From: a virus
Reading direction: 5' to 3' (one strand)
DNA: 64,000 nucleotides
Virus record (IMG/VR): IMGVR_UViG_3300033145_001047
Span: 1 to 64,000 of that record
Shown here: positions 9,901-15,861 of the stretch, piece after piece
How positions within the stretch are numbered: position 1 is the first letter of the stretch
Layout: each line of letters begins with the position of its first letter
Notes under the pieces: model-generated
Databases searched by the model: none
What the model was told of the DNA's origin: nothing
The model's input: the letters and a program-made list of their open reading frames with translations, nothing else
Translations under genes and position numbers: made by a program

Positions 9901-11358
9901 CCCGTCGAAGGTTAGCGCGTGACCGCTCGGGCTGCTATCGTACGAGCTTGTCGCTCCATCTGTCCCGTCGAAGTGCAGGAGCAATTTTGTATACGAATCT
10001 GAATCCACAACGCCGATTTCCTCGCAGACATCCGTGAACAAGGCGTCCAGGTAAGCCCCCAGGTTCTCCGCTATGGACAGAGTGTCCGCAACGACGCCCA
10101 CCTCCACCACCAGGTCGACGACGGACACGCTCTCCGTTATCAGGAAGTCCTCGAACACGCTGGTGTTCATCTCGTCGAGGTACGCTTCCACCGCCGACTC
10201 TGTGATGGTCAGGTTTTCAGCCAGCTCGATGTTAAGGACATCGAGGTCCACGGTCACGTCTTCCAGGATATTCAGGACGTCGCTGGCGTCGACGCCGACG
10301 CCTATAGAGGCGTCGGCTCCCTCCCGCGTCTCGTGAGTCTGGAACACAAAGAACGTGCTCGGGCTGTTCTGATTCGCGTACTCAGTCGCAACCCAATTTG
10401 CAGAATGACCCGTCCCTTTAATTACTCTTACTTCATCAATAATGCCGTCCCAGAAGTTTGTGGTCCCGACTCCTTGACCACCTATTTTCAAGTCAGTAGT
10501 ACCGGCAGGAAACGCCGAGCTATCATCCTCTGTAGCGGTCTGAGCATCGTCTTGATACAATGTGAACGTGTCGCCGACTCTCGTGAGAGTAATCAACTGC
10601 CACGTACCTACTGGAGATTCATCACCAACCAAGTCAACCGAAGGAGTACCGCACCAGAATCTAACCGCCAGTGAAGTAGCGGAAACGCTCTCACCCATGA
10701 ACTCAAAGCTGCCGGTGCTCGAACGATACATGACGAAATTGTTATTTGCGCCTTGTTGCGATTCCTTCTTGATCCACATTGAAAGCGTTATATCTTCACT
10801 TCCAAAGTCCCACTCGGGCGAGTCGGGGGCGGTCAAATAATCATTATCACCGGACTCAAAGTCCTGGCCGTCTGCGATTTTCCCAGCAATGTCAACCGAG
10901 CCGGTATTTGTTAGCGTATGCCCGTTACCTGACGAATCAAGAAGGCTATTATTCAAATGCCATACCGCTGAGAAATCAGACCAGACCCCACTCGCGTTTT
11001 GCTGGTCGGTCGCATCCGGATTCCCGCAATACATCCAGACATATCCGTCCGACGCGCTCGTTGCGCTCGTTAGTTTCACCCAGGCCCACAACTCCCCGGT
11101 GGAGTTGTCGTAGTCCTCAATCTCATGGTCCAGCTTGTTGCCATTCAAGTCGGTGAACAGGATGTCGTACCCGTCAGACCTTGCCTTGTCCCGGAGGTAG
11201 TTGCTCGTGATGTGCACCAGGGCCGGGAAATCGGCGTGCGTTCCCGTTATCTGCTCTTTCGGTATCTTGTACTTCTCTCGGTCGGACCATCCAACACCGT
11301 GCCAACCGTCGGGCATTGCGTAGACTTCGTCGAACACCAGGATATTCAGGTCAGCCAT
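3955..11358 (-). CDS. 2467 aa giant virion surface protein: DUF2341-like domain, two LamG/concanavalin-like domains, long acidic repeats
   Basis: N-terminal DILFTD...LDHEIE...WAWVK...WMYCGNP (DUF2341-like). LamG hallmarks WDGIIDEVRV and LLLHFDG...YLDGWVDELRISKGVARW. Dozens of ~22 aa D/E/V repeats, and a further globular beta domain at about 5640-6660. Confidence 0.85.
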   Translation of the reverse strand: MADLNILVFDEVYAMPDGWHGVGWSDREKYKIPKEQITGTHADFPALVHITSNYLRDKARSDGYDILFTDLNGNKLDHEIEDYDNSTGELWAWVKLTSATSASDGYVWMYCGNPDATDQQNASGVWSDFSAVWHLNNSLLDSSGNGHTLTNTGSVDIAGKIADGQDFESGDNDYLTAPDSPEWDFGSEDITLSMWIKKESQQGANNNFVMYRSSTGSFEFMGESVSATSLAVRFWCGTPSVDLVGDESPVGTWQLITLTRVGDTFTLYQDDAQTATEDDSSAFPAGTTDLKIGGQGVGTTNFWDGIIDEVRVIKGTGHSANWVATEYANQNSPSTFFVFQTHETREGADASIGVGVDASDVLNILEDVTVDLDVLNIELAENLTITESAVEAYLDEMNTSVFEDFLITESVSVVDLVVEVGVVADTLSIAENLGAYLDALFTDVCEEIGVVDSDSYTKLLLHFDGTDGATSSYDSSPSGHALTFDGDAQLDTAQKKFGPSSLILDGNGDYLTSPDDADWDLGTDDFTLECCVRFNSFSSTQYRLVGEGRGVRGSGPRESGWSLLYDRTAGNLVLDHYDGGSQQSLSVSWTPSPSTATWYHVAVTRSGDDVQFWVDGTQVGTTQDATGIVYNRAESFGIYMGRFEFGATSVSYLDGWVDELRISKGVARWTAAFTPPTEAYDATPVALDLSIGVDVSDTVSITEDVEVVDITVEMPLVFGAVAVTEDLTAVLDVLNLDVNDTAAVTEYVELLDLVVGVPVVFDEPGVLEDVTLSIDALNANVSDTVTITESVSVVDIVVEVGVVAETVGVTESATTSLDALYIEESEELTITETVSADVLVDVVVFDIASVEENVQLLDIVVDLPVVFDTVVVVENTVLTVEGALGVFDTATVTENVVVSVDVLNIGTFDAVGVVDVPGLNDLVVELGPAVDLASVSENITAYLDSIHLSVYDEATATESVTVLLGELQVATSDTVTITESVSVVDLMVEIGIVADTSAVSESVTVSLDELYASVFDAVATTESVSTDVLMSVSVFDSIGVVENVQLHDIVIDLPVVFDAVAVLENIEPYMGMDINVNDDVTTTESAAVSLGELNVDIFDTVSIAEVPLLTDLVVEVGPAVDLVTVLEDVTSSLDQLNLLVFDEPTITEDVTPLLDALVPSVFDTSSVVENVTMEDLGLNFLAFDVATVAESMTQYLDVLNFLVLDPFHVLITESVSVVDLVVEVGVVMDPVSVTESATVGLDVLNLSVYDVAAAAEWVHLLDITVELSAFDLAAAVESVELSITELYLAVYDEGTVAEYVELLDIILELPLSYDEVTVLEELTLNLDLLNVSVGEDLLVTEVVVTHDLVIELGVVADVVGAVENVGLLPDALFLAVSDDVLAAEATTVLLPELVVAVSENVAHSEYVELLDITIELPVVYDIVAAVENVTLTLPELYLQAGEDVSVAEVALMTDLVVELGPAVDLAVVTENVTMLLDVLVPEVSDNVGVAEWVQLLDLVIDLAVYDEITTTESASAFLSALNIVAGDDVLVTESVSVVDLVIEIGVVAETVSVADVVEDVTTNSGEIPYCCQSAAWFDGTYYWRAWFNRTGGYIQVDYTTDPDNAWAENTGARISDSNVLNDFSIYAKASSLVIVYTQGGDVLIREATSYPSTSFAWSAANTIWTDVSKTYSRPNISRTQSNRYWASATEKDGAKQYAVVKRSGPGNITSWDSAATLGDTNNEGESFSALMHSLPLSPPTNFQVVCAYVEGTQLQYKEFDGTWDASPTNIAVLKISPQSLVAHQFELNFDDVNGHVDMVYVKSDGTCISREWEPVGGLGAEVVLDANTDCEHPGIGTFGDYLVFAWDRPHGDDNNQFYVRLLHKTGHILGPILAMAETTATMTRSDVSKTEDESHSCFIYWEEASTVFTRTLEIGLDVSDTITVAEWVFLLDLFIDLEVSEIIAVVEDVQLLDIVIEMPLVFDEVATTEDVTAYLDVLSLSLSDQVSIAEVAIMTDIVIELGPATEEVALTENVTVGLDVLNVDVSDALNIVEWVSLLDIVIDLPVVFDVVTVTEQATAYLDELFLNVFDTVTVAEVVLMTDIMIELGPVVDLVAVTEQADVSLGFLNVSESETLTVTEWANLLDITVELFVFDTSTVVEWVNLLDITVELAASDEAVATETITVSLDALFVAAGDDIVATEAVVLHDIIVELSVSEDLTVVENANVALSEFFISVSDTLTVTEWTYLLDIIIELPVLSEDITVVEDLTVLLPELCTEHFEIIAVTDVAVMHDLIIELGIVTEVVTLSEYVELLDLTVELEAFEALEVLENVGLVLDELFLQAGEDVTVTEDVEVVDITIELGPVFDDVAVTDVVVDLRLDVLNFFVVQPMMIVINEVAQVVDLVIEVGIVAEYNFVAEFAEAYPDVLVPSVSETVTTVEWIFMDREMIIDVSDSVATSESFEPDMPLNFEAAEGPGGVQIVQVSGW

Positions 11359-11383
11359 GAATATCTCGCGTGATCTTTAGTGG

Positions 11384-11426
11384 AAAAAAAAGAGGGAGGT
11401 AGAGAACCGTAACTCTCCGACCTCCC
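11384..11426 (-). terminator. Rho-independent terminator immediately upstream of the giant gene
   Basis: Minus strand GGGAGGU-CG-GAGA...UCUC-U-ACCUCCC followed by UCUUUUUUUU. Confidence 0.7.
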
Positions 11427-11587
11427 CGAACAGGAGCGTCCCTGACGACGCTTGTCTTCTTCTTCATGCGGTCCCCCTCAGAATCAGCAAGGACCGCTCG
11501 GCTCGTTTCCTTTCACCAGGGCTTCCTACCGGCATCCTATAGAGTACCGGCGTCGCCTTTCCGCTGGTAGAACTAAACGGTTACGGT
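11384..11587 (-). ncRNA. Putative ~200 nt structured RNA or attenuator leader
   Basis: Bounded by a promoter and a terminator, with no credible ORF. Stems ACCAG/CUGGU, CCGGUA/UGCCGG, GCGGUCC/GGACCGC, AGCGUC/GACGCU. Confidence 0.5.
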
Positions 11588-11590
11588 AGA

Positions 11591-11619
11591 ACTTTACCAC
11601 CACTTTCCCTGTCTGTCAA
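11591..11619 (-). promoter_or_regulatory. sigma70-like promoter
   Basis: TTGACA-17 nt-TAAAGT, with an extended -10 TG. Confidence 0.65.
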
Positions 11620-11643
11620 GGGGAGGGTCAGATTATTTCCCTT

Positions 11644-11859
11644 CTATGTTGCTCTAACCACAATGATAACGGGACGTTTGGAAATCTTGGATAAATTCCA
11701 AGCGGCATCAACGACTTCCGATTTGTTCGCTTCATCTATCAGATGCACAGTCCCGCCAATCCCTTTCAAGTTACGCTCCAACTTTCCGAATGCTTCATTG
11801 GCTTTGACTTTCTCCGCGACGTTTATCCCCAGGTCGGGAACTTTCTCTTCCGTGCTCAC
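11644..11859 (-). CDS. Hypothetical protein
   Basis: 71 aa ORF after a GGAGG RBS. The N-terminal DLGINVAEKVKANE resembles one unit of the giant-protein repeat. Confidence 0.6.
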   Translation of the reverse strand: MSTEEKVPDLGINVAEKVKANEAFGKLERNLKGIGGTVHLIDEANKSEVVDAAWNLSKISKRPVIIVVRAT

Positions 11860-11871
11860 TGGTATATCCTC

Positions 11872-12690
11872 CTACGGGAACATCTGACCGTGCTCATTTA
11901 TATGTCGGCAAAAAATTGACGTGTCCAAAAGGAAGGGCCACTTCTTCTTCTGGAACTTCGGCCACCCGGCCCTCGCCAAGACTTTCTCCTTTATGATCCT
12001 GTCATTCCACCACAGATCCTCCGTCCCTACTTTCGTATTGTAGCGGCCTTGCTCAGGATCATACCATGCTTTCCTCGGGGTCTCGAACACTCGACGGACC
12101 ACGACCGGCCCGGCGATTGTCTGCAGCGTGTAGACCTCCGACTCGTCGTACATCAGCTTGATTATCGAGCCGTGAATGAGACAGCACCCTAGCGGGATTC
12201 CATCGACCCACACCTTGTCCCCCTGTTCCCAGTCCATATAGCATGAGCTACCGCGCCCTCGGAACAACAGAGGCTCCGGGTGCGTTCCCTTGCAGTAGTA
12301 GAGACCGCTCACTATCGGGATATCTCCCTTGAGCATGTAGTCGTTAATCTTCAAGAACGTATCGGGGGGAAGGATAACGTCATGGTCGATAAAAAACAGC
12401 CACTCGAATTCCTGGTCGATGAAGTATTGGACGCACACGTTCCGCGCATCGGCAACAGCCCATCCCATCGGACTATACTGGTCCATGAACTGAAAGATAT
12501 CGCCCTGACTCCAGTTGCAGGGAATCACCTGTCCGAATCGAGCCATCATCCACTCGACGCGGACGAGCCCGGTCGTCGGCACGGCCATACATATACGTTT
12601 CTGCCACCCTTCCCACTCCGACGACTTCGGGACCCCCATATCCGGGATGTGCAGCGTCTTCGAGGACTTCTTAGTTTGTTTCTTCGACAC
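11872..12690 (-). CDS. Glycosyltransferase (GT-A/GT2-like)
   Basis: ARN...WLFFIDHDV (DxD), VSGLY, GCCLI and EDLW motifs. Confidence 0.85.
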   Translation of the reverse strand: MSKKQTKKSSKTLHIPDMGVPKSSEWEGWQKRICMAVPTTGLVRVEWMMARFGQVIPCNWSQGDIFQFMDQYSPMGWAVADARNVCVQYFIDQEFEWLFFIDHDVILPPDTFLKINDYMLKGDIPIVSGLYYCKGTHPEPLLFRGRGSSCYMDWEQGDKVWVDGIPLGCCLIHGSIIKLMYDESEVYTLQTIAGPVVVRRVFETPRKAWYDPEQGRYNTKVGTEDLWWNDRIIKEKVLARAGWPKFQKKKWPFLLDTSIFCRHINEHGQMFP

Positions 12691-13210
12691 GCGGCACCTC
12701 CTTCATCTTTTCCAGAATCACTTCCATGTTGCCGCCGAAGTTGTGAACATTTTTGACAGTCTTCCACGGCCTCGGCTTGTAGACGTTGAACAGCTCTCTA
12801 TTGGGCTGCGCCGTTGGATCGAAGTAAGCGATTGACGCCTCGTTCAGAGCGCAGCAATGGGAAGGGTCCTGCACATATCCGAAGCTGTTCCCATACGGAA
12901 AGCCGAGCCATAGCTGTCCGCCGACTTTCATGAGCCTCCACCACTCATTCATCACGCCCATGATCTTCTTCGGGCAGATATGCTCTATCAGGTGACTCGC
13001 CAGGATGGTGTGACAGCACTCGTCCGGCAGCGGGTAGGGTACGGTCTCGACGTCGTGAACGATGTCAACCCCATCGAGCGCCCTGATATCGAGGCCGACG
13101 AAATTTTCTTGTTTGTTTTCGCCACACCCCACGTCCAGCTTGATACCCTGATTGTGTTTTTTCAACAGGGCCAAGATATTTCTCGGCAGCTTGACCACCT
13201 TCTTTCTCAT
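12671..13210 (-). CDS. Class I SAM-dependent methyltransferase
   Basis: LDVGCG motif I, GLDI, ASHLIEH, EWWRLMKVGG, DPSH. Confidence 0.85.
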   Translation of the reverse strand: MRKKVVKLPRNILALLKKHNQGIKLDVGCGENKQENFVGLDIRALDGVDIVHDVETVPYPLPDECCHTILASHLIEHICPKKIMGVMNEWWRLMKVGGQLWLGFPYGNSFGYVQDPSHCCALNEASIAYFDPTAQPNRELFNVYKPRPWKTVKNVHNFGGNMEVILEKMKEVPRVEETN

Positions 13211-13974
13211 GATCTCCTTTCTTTCTTGGCGCTCATTTCTTTCTCGCCGTAGTCGATTATTCTCCTCAACAGCTCGGATACGGATATCCCCTTCTTGTTC
13301 GCAGTGCTGCGTAGGAATTTGACATTGTTTTCTGTAATGCTAATCATTCTTCTGACCATCTTTTCAGCGGTCTTTTTTAGCGTATATACAAATGACGATC
13401 TTTTTCGTTTGTGTTTTGTCATATCAATTTCACTTGCCTTGACTTCGTGTGTATCTATTCCCGCCAATGTTGGAAAGTTCAGGTTAGCAAACGCACCTCG
13501 CAACTCAATCGCCTTCATGTCTCGTGCTACAGCAGCTTCCTCTGGAGTATCAAATGCACCCAAACGGTGAATCTTGCCACAATGCACAATTTTTGCACGA
13601 TATCTATTGTTACACAGAAGCACACCAATATAACCGCTTTGGGAAGCTTTGTGTGCATGTAAATTGCGGTGATTTTCCAAAGATGTACACACCCTGAGAT
13701 TTATTTTCCGGTTATCTGTTGGGTCTCCATTGATGTGGTCTACCATCGCTGCAGGAAATCCTAATATCTGTTGTTGCATGAAAATTCTTACCGATCCTTT
13801 CCCGTCTTTTTTAAGTCTTCTTCGCCCTGCTCTGCCACAACCGGCATTTCCGTCAGAACAATAGTACCAATTATGCTTCAAAAGTTCTGGTGCCTCCGCA
13901 ATATCAACAAGAGCATATTTCCCTTGCGTTAGCGGAATCTTAGTATATTTGATATCGTTCTGCATTTCACCCAT
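13207..13974 (-). CDS. HNH endonuclease with AP2 DNA-binding domain
   Basis: IPLTQGKYALVD start, VDHINGDPTDNRKINLR (HNH), SGYIGV...LGAFDTPEEAAVARD...ANLNFP (AP2), RHH-like tail. Low GC relative to flanks. Confidence 0.9.
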   Translation of the reverse strand: MGEMQNDIKYTKIPLTQGKYALVDIAEAPELLKHNWYYCSDGNAGCGRAGRRRLKKDGKGSVRIFMQQQILGFPAAMVDHINGDPTDNRKINLRVCTSLENHRNLHAHKASQSGYIGVLLCNNRYRAKIVHCGKIHRLGAFDTPEEAAVARDMKAIELRGAFANLNFPTLAGIDTHEVKASEIDMTKHKRKRSSFVYTLKKTAEKMVRRMISITENNVKFLRSTANKKGISVSELLRRIIDYGEKEMSAKKERRS

Positions 13975-13975
13975 T

Positions 13976-14064
13976 AAAAAGACCCGCCGATCATCGGGAA
14001 GATGAACGCCAATAGGCGTGTTATCGGCGGGCTTTCAAACATGTTATAAGGCATTCATCCTCCC
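13976..14064 (-). promoter_or_regulatory. Attenuator-like leader with interleaved stems upstream of HNH-AP2
   Basis: A (14050-14064) pairs with A' (13996-14010). B (14023-14031) pairs with B' (13983-13991), which is followed by UCUUUUU. Confidence 0.55.
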
Positions 14065-14075
14065 AGTTCACAACA

Positions 14076-14104
14076 ATACTATACCAAGAATATACGTGCG
14101 TCAA
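14076..14104 (-). promoter_or_regulatory. sigma70-like promoter for HNH-AP2
   Basis: TTGACG followed by TATAGT (15 nt spacer) or TAGTAT (17 nt spacer). Confidence 0.5.
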
Positions 14105-14124
14105 GTCTTGAGGAAGGAGATGTG

Positions 14125-14802
14125 CTATTTTTTGCGCTTGGCCAGGAACAGCCGGGCAGCTTCCTTGTGCCCTCTGAGGGGAACTCCCAGTTCTTCGAGA
14201 TACCGCTTGACCTTGTTCTTGTGCCAGCCAAGCTCCTCCGCAATATGCCGGAACGATCTCCTCTCTTTGGTGTATTCCTTCTTTATCCAGACAGCGTCGC
14301 AATCATCGTACAAGTGCTTTCTCGGCTTCTTCGCCCGTGCGCCCTTCTTTCTTGCTTCAAGGGCTGCGGCGGTCATGGTGTATCTTCTTCTTTCGACATC
14401 TATCTTCTTTAGAGCGTAGAGGACAAGAGTGTGGTCGCATCCCAGCTCGGCTGCTATGTCAGTGACGCTTCTCTTCTTCCTGCCATACTCAGTCTTGAGC
14501 CAAGCCTTCTCATATAGCCGTGGATATTTTATCGCGCCATGTCTCCTGTTCAGATGTTCCTGACTTGACGCAAACAGTTCAAGATTCTCAAGTAAATTGT
14601 TCTCCTTGTTTTCGTCACGATGATGGACGACCTCTTTCTTTGTCAGAAGCCTTCCAATTTCCTTCTCCATCACTAGACGATGGTGCATTACCTTTCGCCC
14701 TGGGTGTGGATATCCGGACGGCTTGGTCACCATGATATAGCCGTCCTGCATGAGCTTGTAGCCCGTCAATGAATCGAGGTCGAGTTTCTTGATACCAAAC
14801 AT
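14125..14802 (-). CDS. Free-standing HNH endonuclease with tandem HTH repeats
   Basis: HRLVMEKEIGRLL...EVVHHRDENKENNLLENLEL (HNH_3-like), followed by two WL-x-x-EY...IA-x-ELG units. Confidence 0.9.
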   Translation of the reverse strand: MFGIKKLDLDSLTGYKLMQDGYIMVTKPSGYPHPGRKVMHHRLVMEKEIGRLLTKKEVVHHRDENKENNLLENLELFASSQEHLNRRHGAIKYPRLYEKAWLKTEYGRKKRSVTDIAAELGCDHTLVLYALKKIDVERRRYTMTAAALEARKKGARAKKPRKHLYDDCDAVWIKKEYTKERRSFRHIAEELGWHKNKVKRYLEELGVPLRGHKEAARLFLAKRKK

Positions 14803-14829
14803 GCCGTCCTCCCTTCTTTTCTTGTGGGT

Positions 14830-14858
14830 ATTATATCTAATCGTGAAGGGTGAAGCAA
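14830..14858 (-). promoter_or_regulatory. sigma70-like promoter for the HNH gene
   Basis: TTGCTT-17 nt-TATAAT. Confidence 0.65.
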
Positions 14859-14861
14859 TAG

Positions 14862-14894
14862 AAAAAGGGAAGGCTGTTCTCGGCCTTCCCTTTT
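14862..14894. terminator. Bidirectional rho-independent terminator ending the head operon
   Basis: AAAAGGGAAGGC-8 nt loop-GCCTTCCCTTTT, about 20 nt after the spliced gene's stop. Confidence 0.85.
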
Positions 14895-14913
14895 CAGTCT
14901 CATCTTCTCCGGT

Positions 14914-15861
14914 TCAACTGAACCTGAGCTGATACGTGGCGTTCCATAACTTGTTACTCTCGCTTAACGTACGTTACGCAGCGAGGGCGACATCATCTCT
15001 GTGTCGCTCTGCATGTCGCCATGCAGTTCGGACTGTCCCTTCAACTCCCATCGAGAGTGTCCCCCGTCCAGTCTCTACACCTTCCTCTGCATCCGCAAAG
15101 GCTTGGCTCGGGATTGTCTCCTCTCGGAGGTGTTCCCCGAATTTGAGGGATTTGCTTCTCACCGTCACCGGTGAGTGACGCAAACACTTTACGTTTTGGT
15201 TAGCAAGATTGTTACTCCCACCACGAGTGGTGAGGACGATGTCGTTTCCGCATCGTTCTACGAGTCGCCCCGCAGTTCGGACTGTCCCTTCAACTCCCTT
15301 ACGGAGTGTCCTCCATCCAGTCTCTACGCCTTCCCTGATTACTCTCAGGGCTTGGTTCGGGATTGTCTCCTTGACAGCAAGGAGGTGTTCCCCGACTTTG
15401 AAGGATACTTTGAGCAATGTCACCATTGCCCGGCGCCATAACCATAACGCCCACTGACTTGTGGCATACGTCGTTCCGCACAGAATCGTCCCGCCCGCGC
15501 TGGTGTTAGCCAGTGCCACGTTCTGAATCGTGCATGTTCCGCCCATGTCCGAACCGGCGAACTGGGCCGTGCACTGCAGCGTCTTCGAGGACACCGCTGT
15601 ATTCGTGCTCGTCACACGTGCGCCCGTCTCTCCTTCGAGGGACGTGCCCGCTGCTCCCGGAGCCGTTCCGGTTCCGATAGCCATGTGACTCACCTGTTTG
15701 CTACCGGCGACTGCCCCGAGGGAGCCGACGATGTAATCCTGGAAGCCGAGGTTCACCACGGTGTTCTCCCTCCAGCCAGAATCACCGACGATCTTCCCGG
15801 ACTTCTCGTCTACCATCTGTAGACGCAAGAAACCTTTGACCTTCAACATGTCACTATTCAC
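14914..15861 (-). CDS. Small virion structural protein (152 aa after splicing); exons 15861-15447, 15203-15191, 14944-14914
   Basis: Joining the exons (415+13+31 = 459 nt) gives ...TYATSQW-ASNQNV-NATYQLRFS*. The N-x-VVN-x-G...MAIGTG...TSL-x-x-E pattern is typical of small phage structural beta proteins. Confidence 0.85.
14945..15190 (-). mobile_element. Group I self-splicing intron 2 (246 nt, ORF-less)
   Basis: P AAAUUCGGGGAA, Q AAUCCCGAGCCAAG, R GUAGAGACUG, S GAAGGGACAGUCCG (P7 GACUG/CAGUC). The exon ends in U paired to G in P1, and the intron ends in G. Confidence 0.88.
15204..15446 (-). mobile_element. Group I self-splicing intron 1 (243 nt, ORF-less)
   Basis: Same P/Q/R/S core as intron 2. 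P1 GGCGU|UAU-GGUU-AUGGCGCC with U.G at the splice site. P10 UGGUUA pairs with 3' exon UAACCA. Terminal G. Confidence 0.9.

Noticed and set aside
682-10336. Many long + strand Ser/Thr-rich ORFs, and similar + strand ORFs across the window
   Set aside because: Antisense shadows of GC-rich, V/D/E-rich - strand genes, with no RBS or recognisable motifs.
393-11358. Diversity-generating retroelement or invertible cassette acting on the fibre genes
   Set aside because: No reverse transcriptase, invertase, or near-identical TR/VR nucleotide repeat seen in the window.
14974-15861. The 295 aa ORF in the track as a genuine protein with an internal repeat (GEHL...EGVETG...EGTVRTA twice)
   Set aside because: The repeat is translated group I intron core sequence. 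Exact intron removal gives a coherent 152 aa protein ending next to the terminator.
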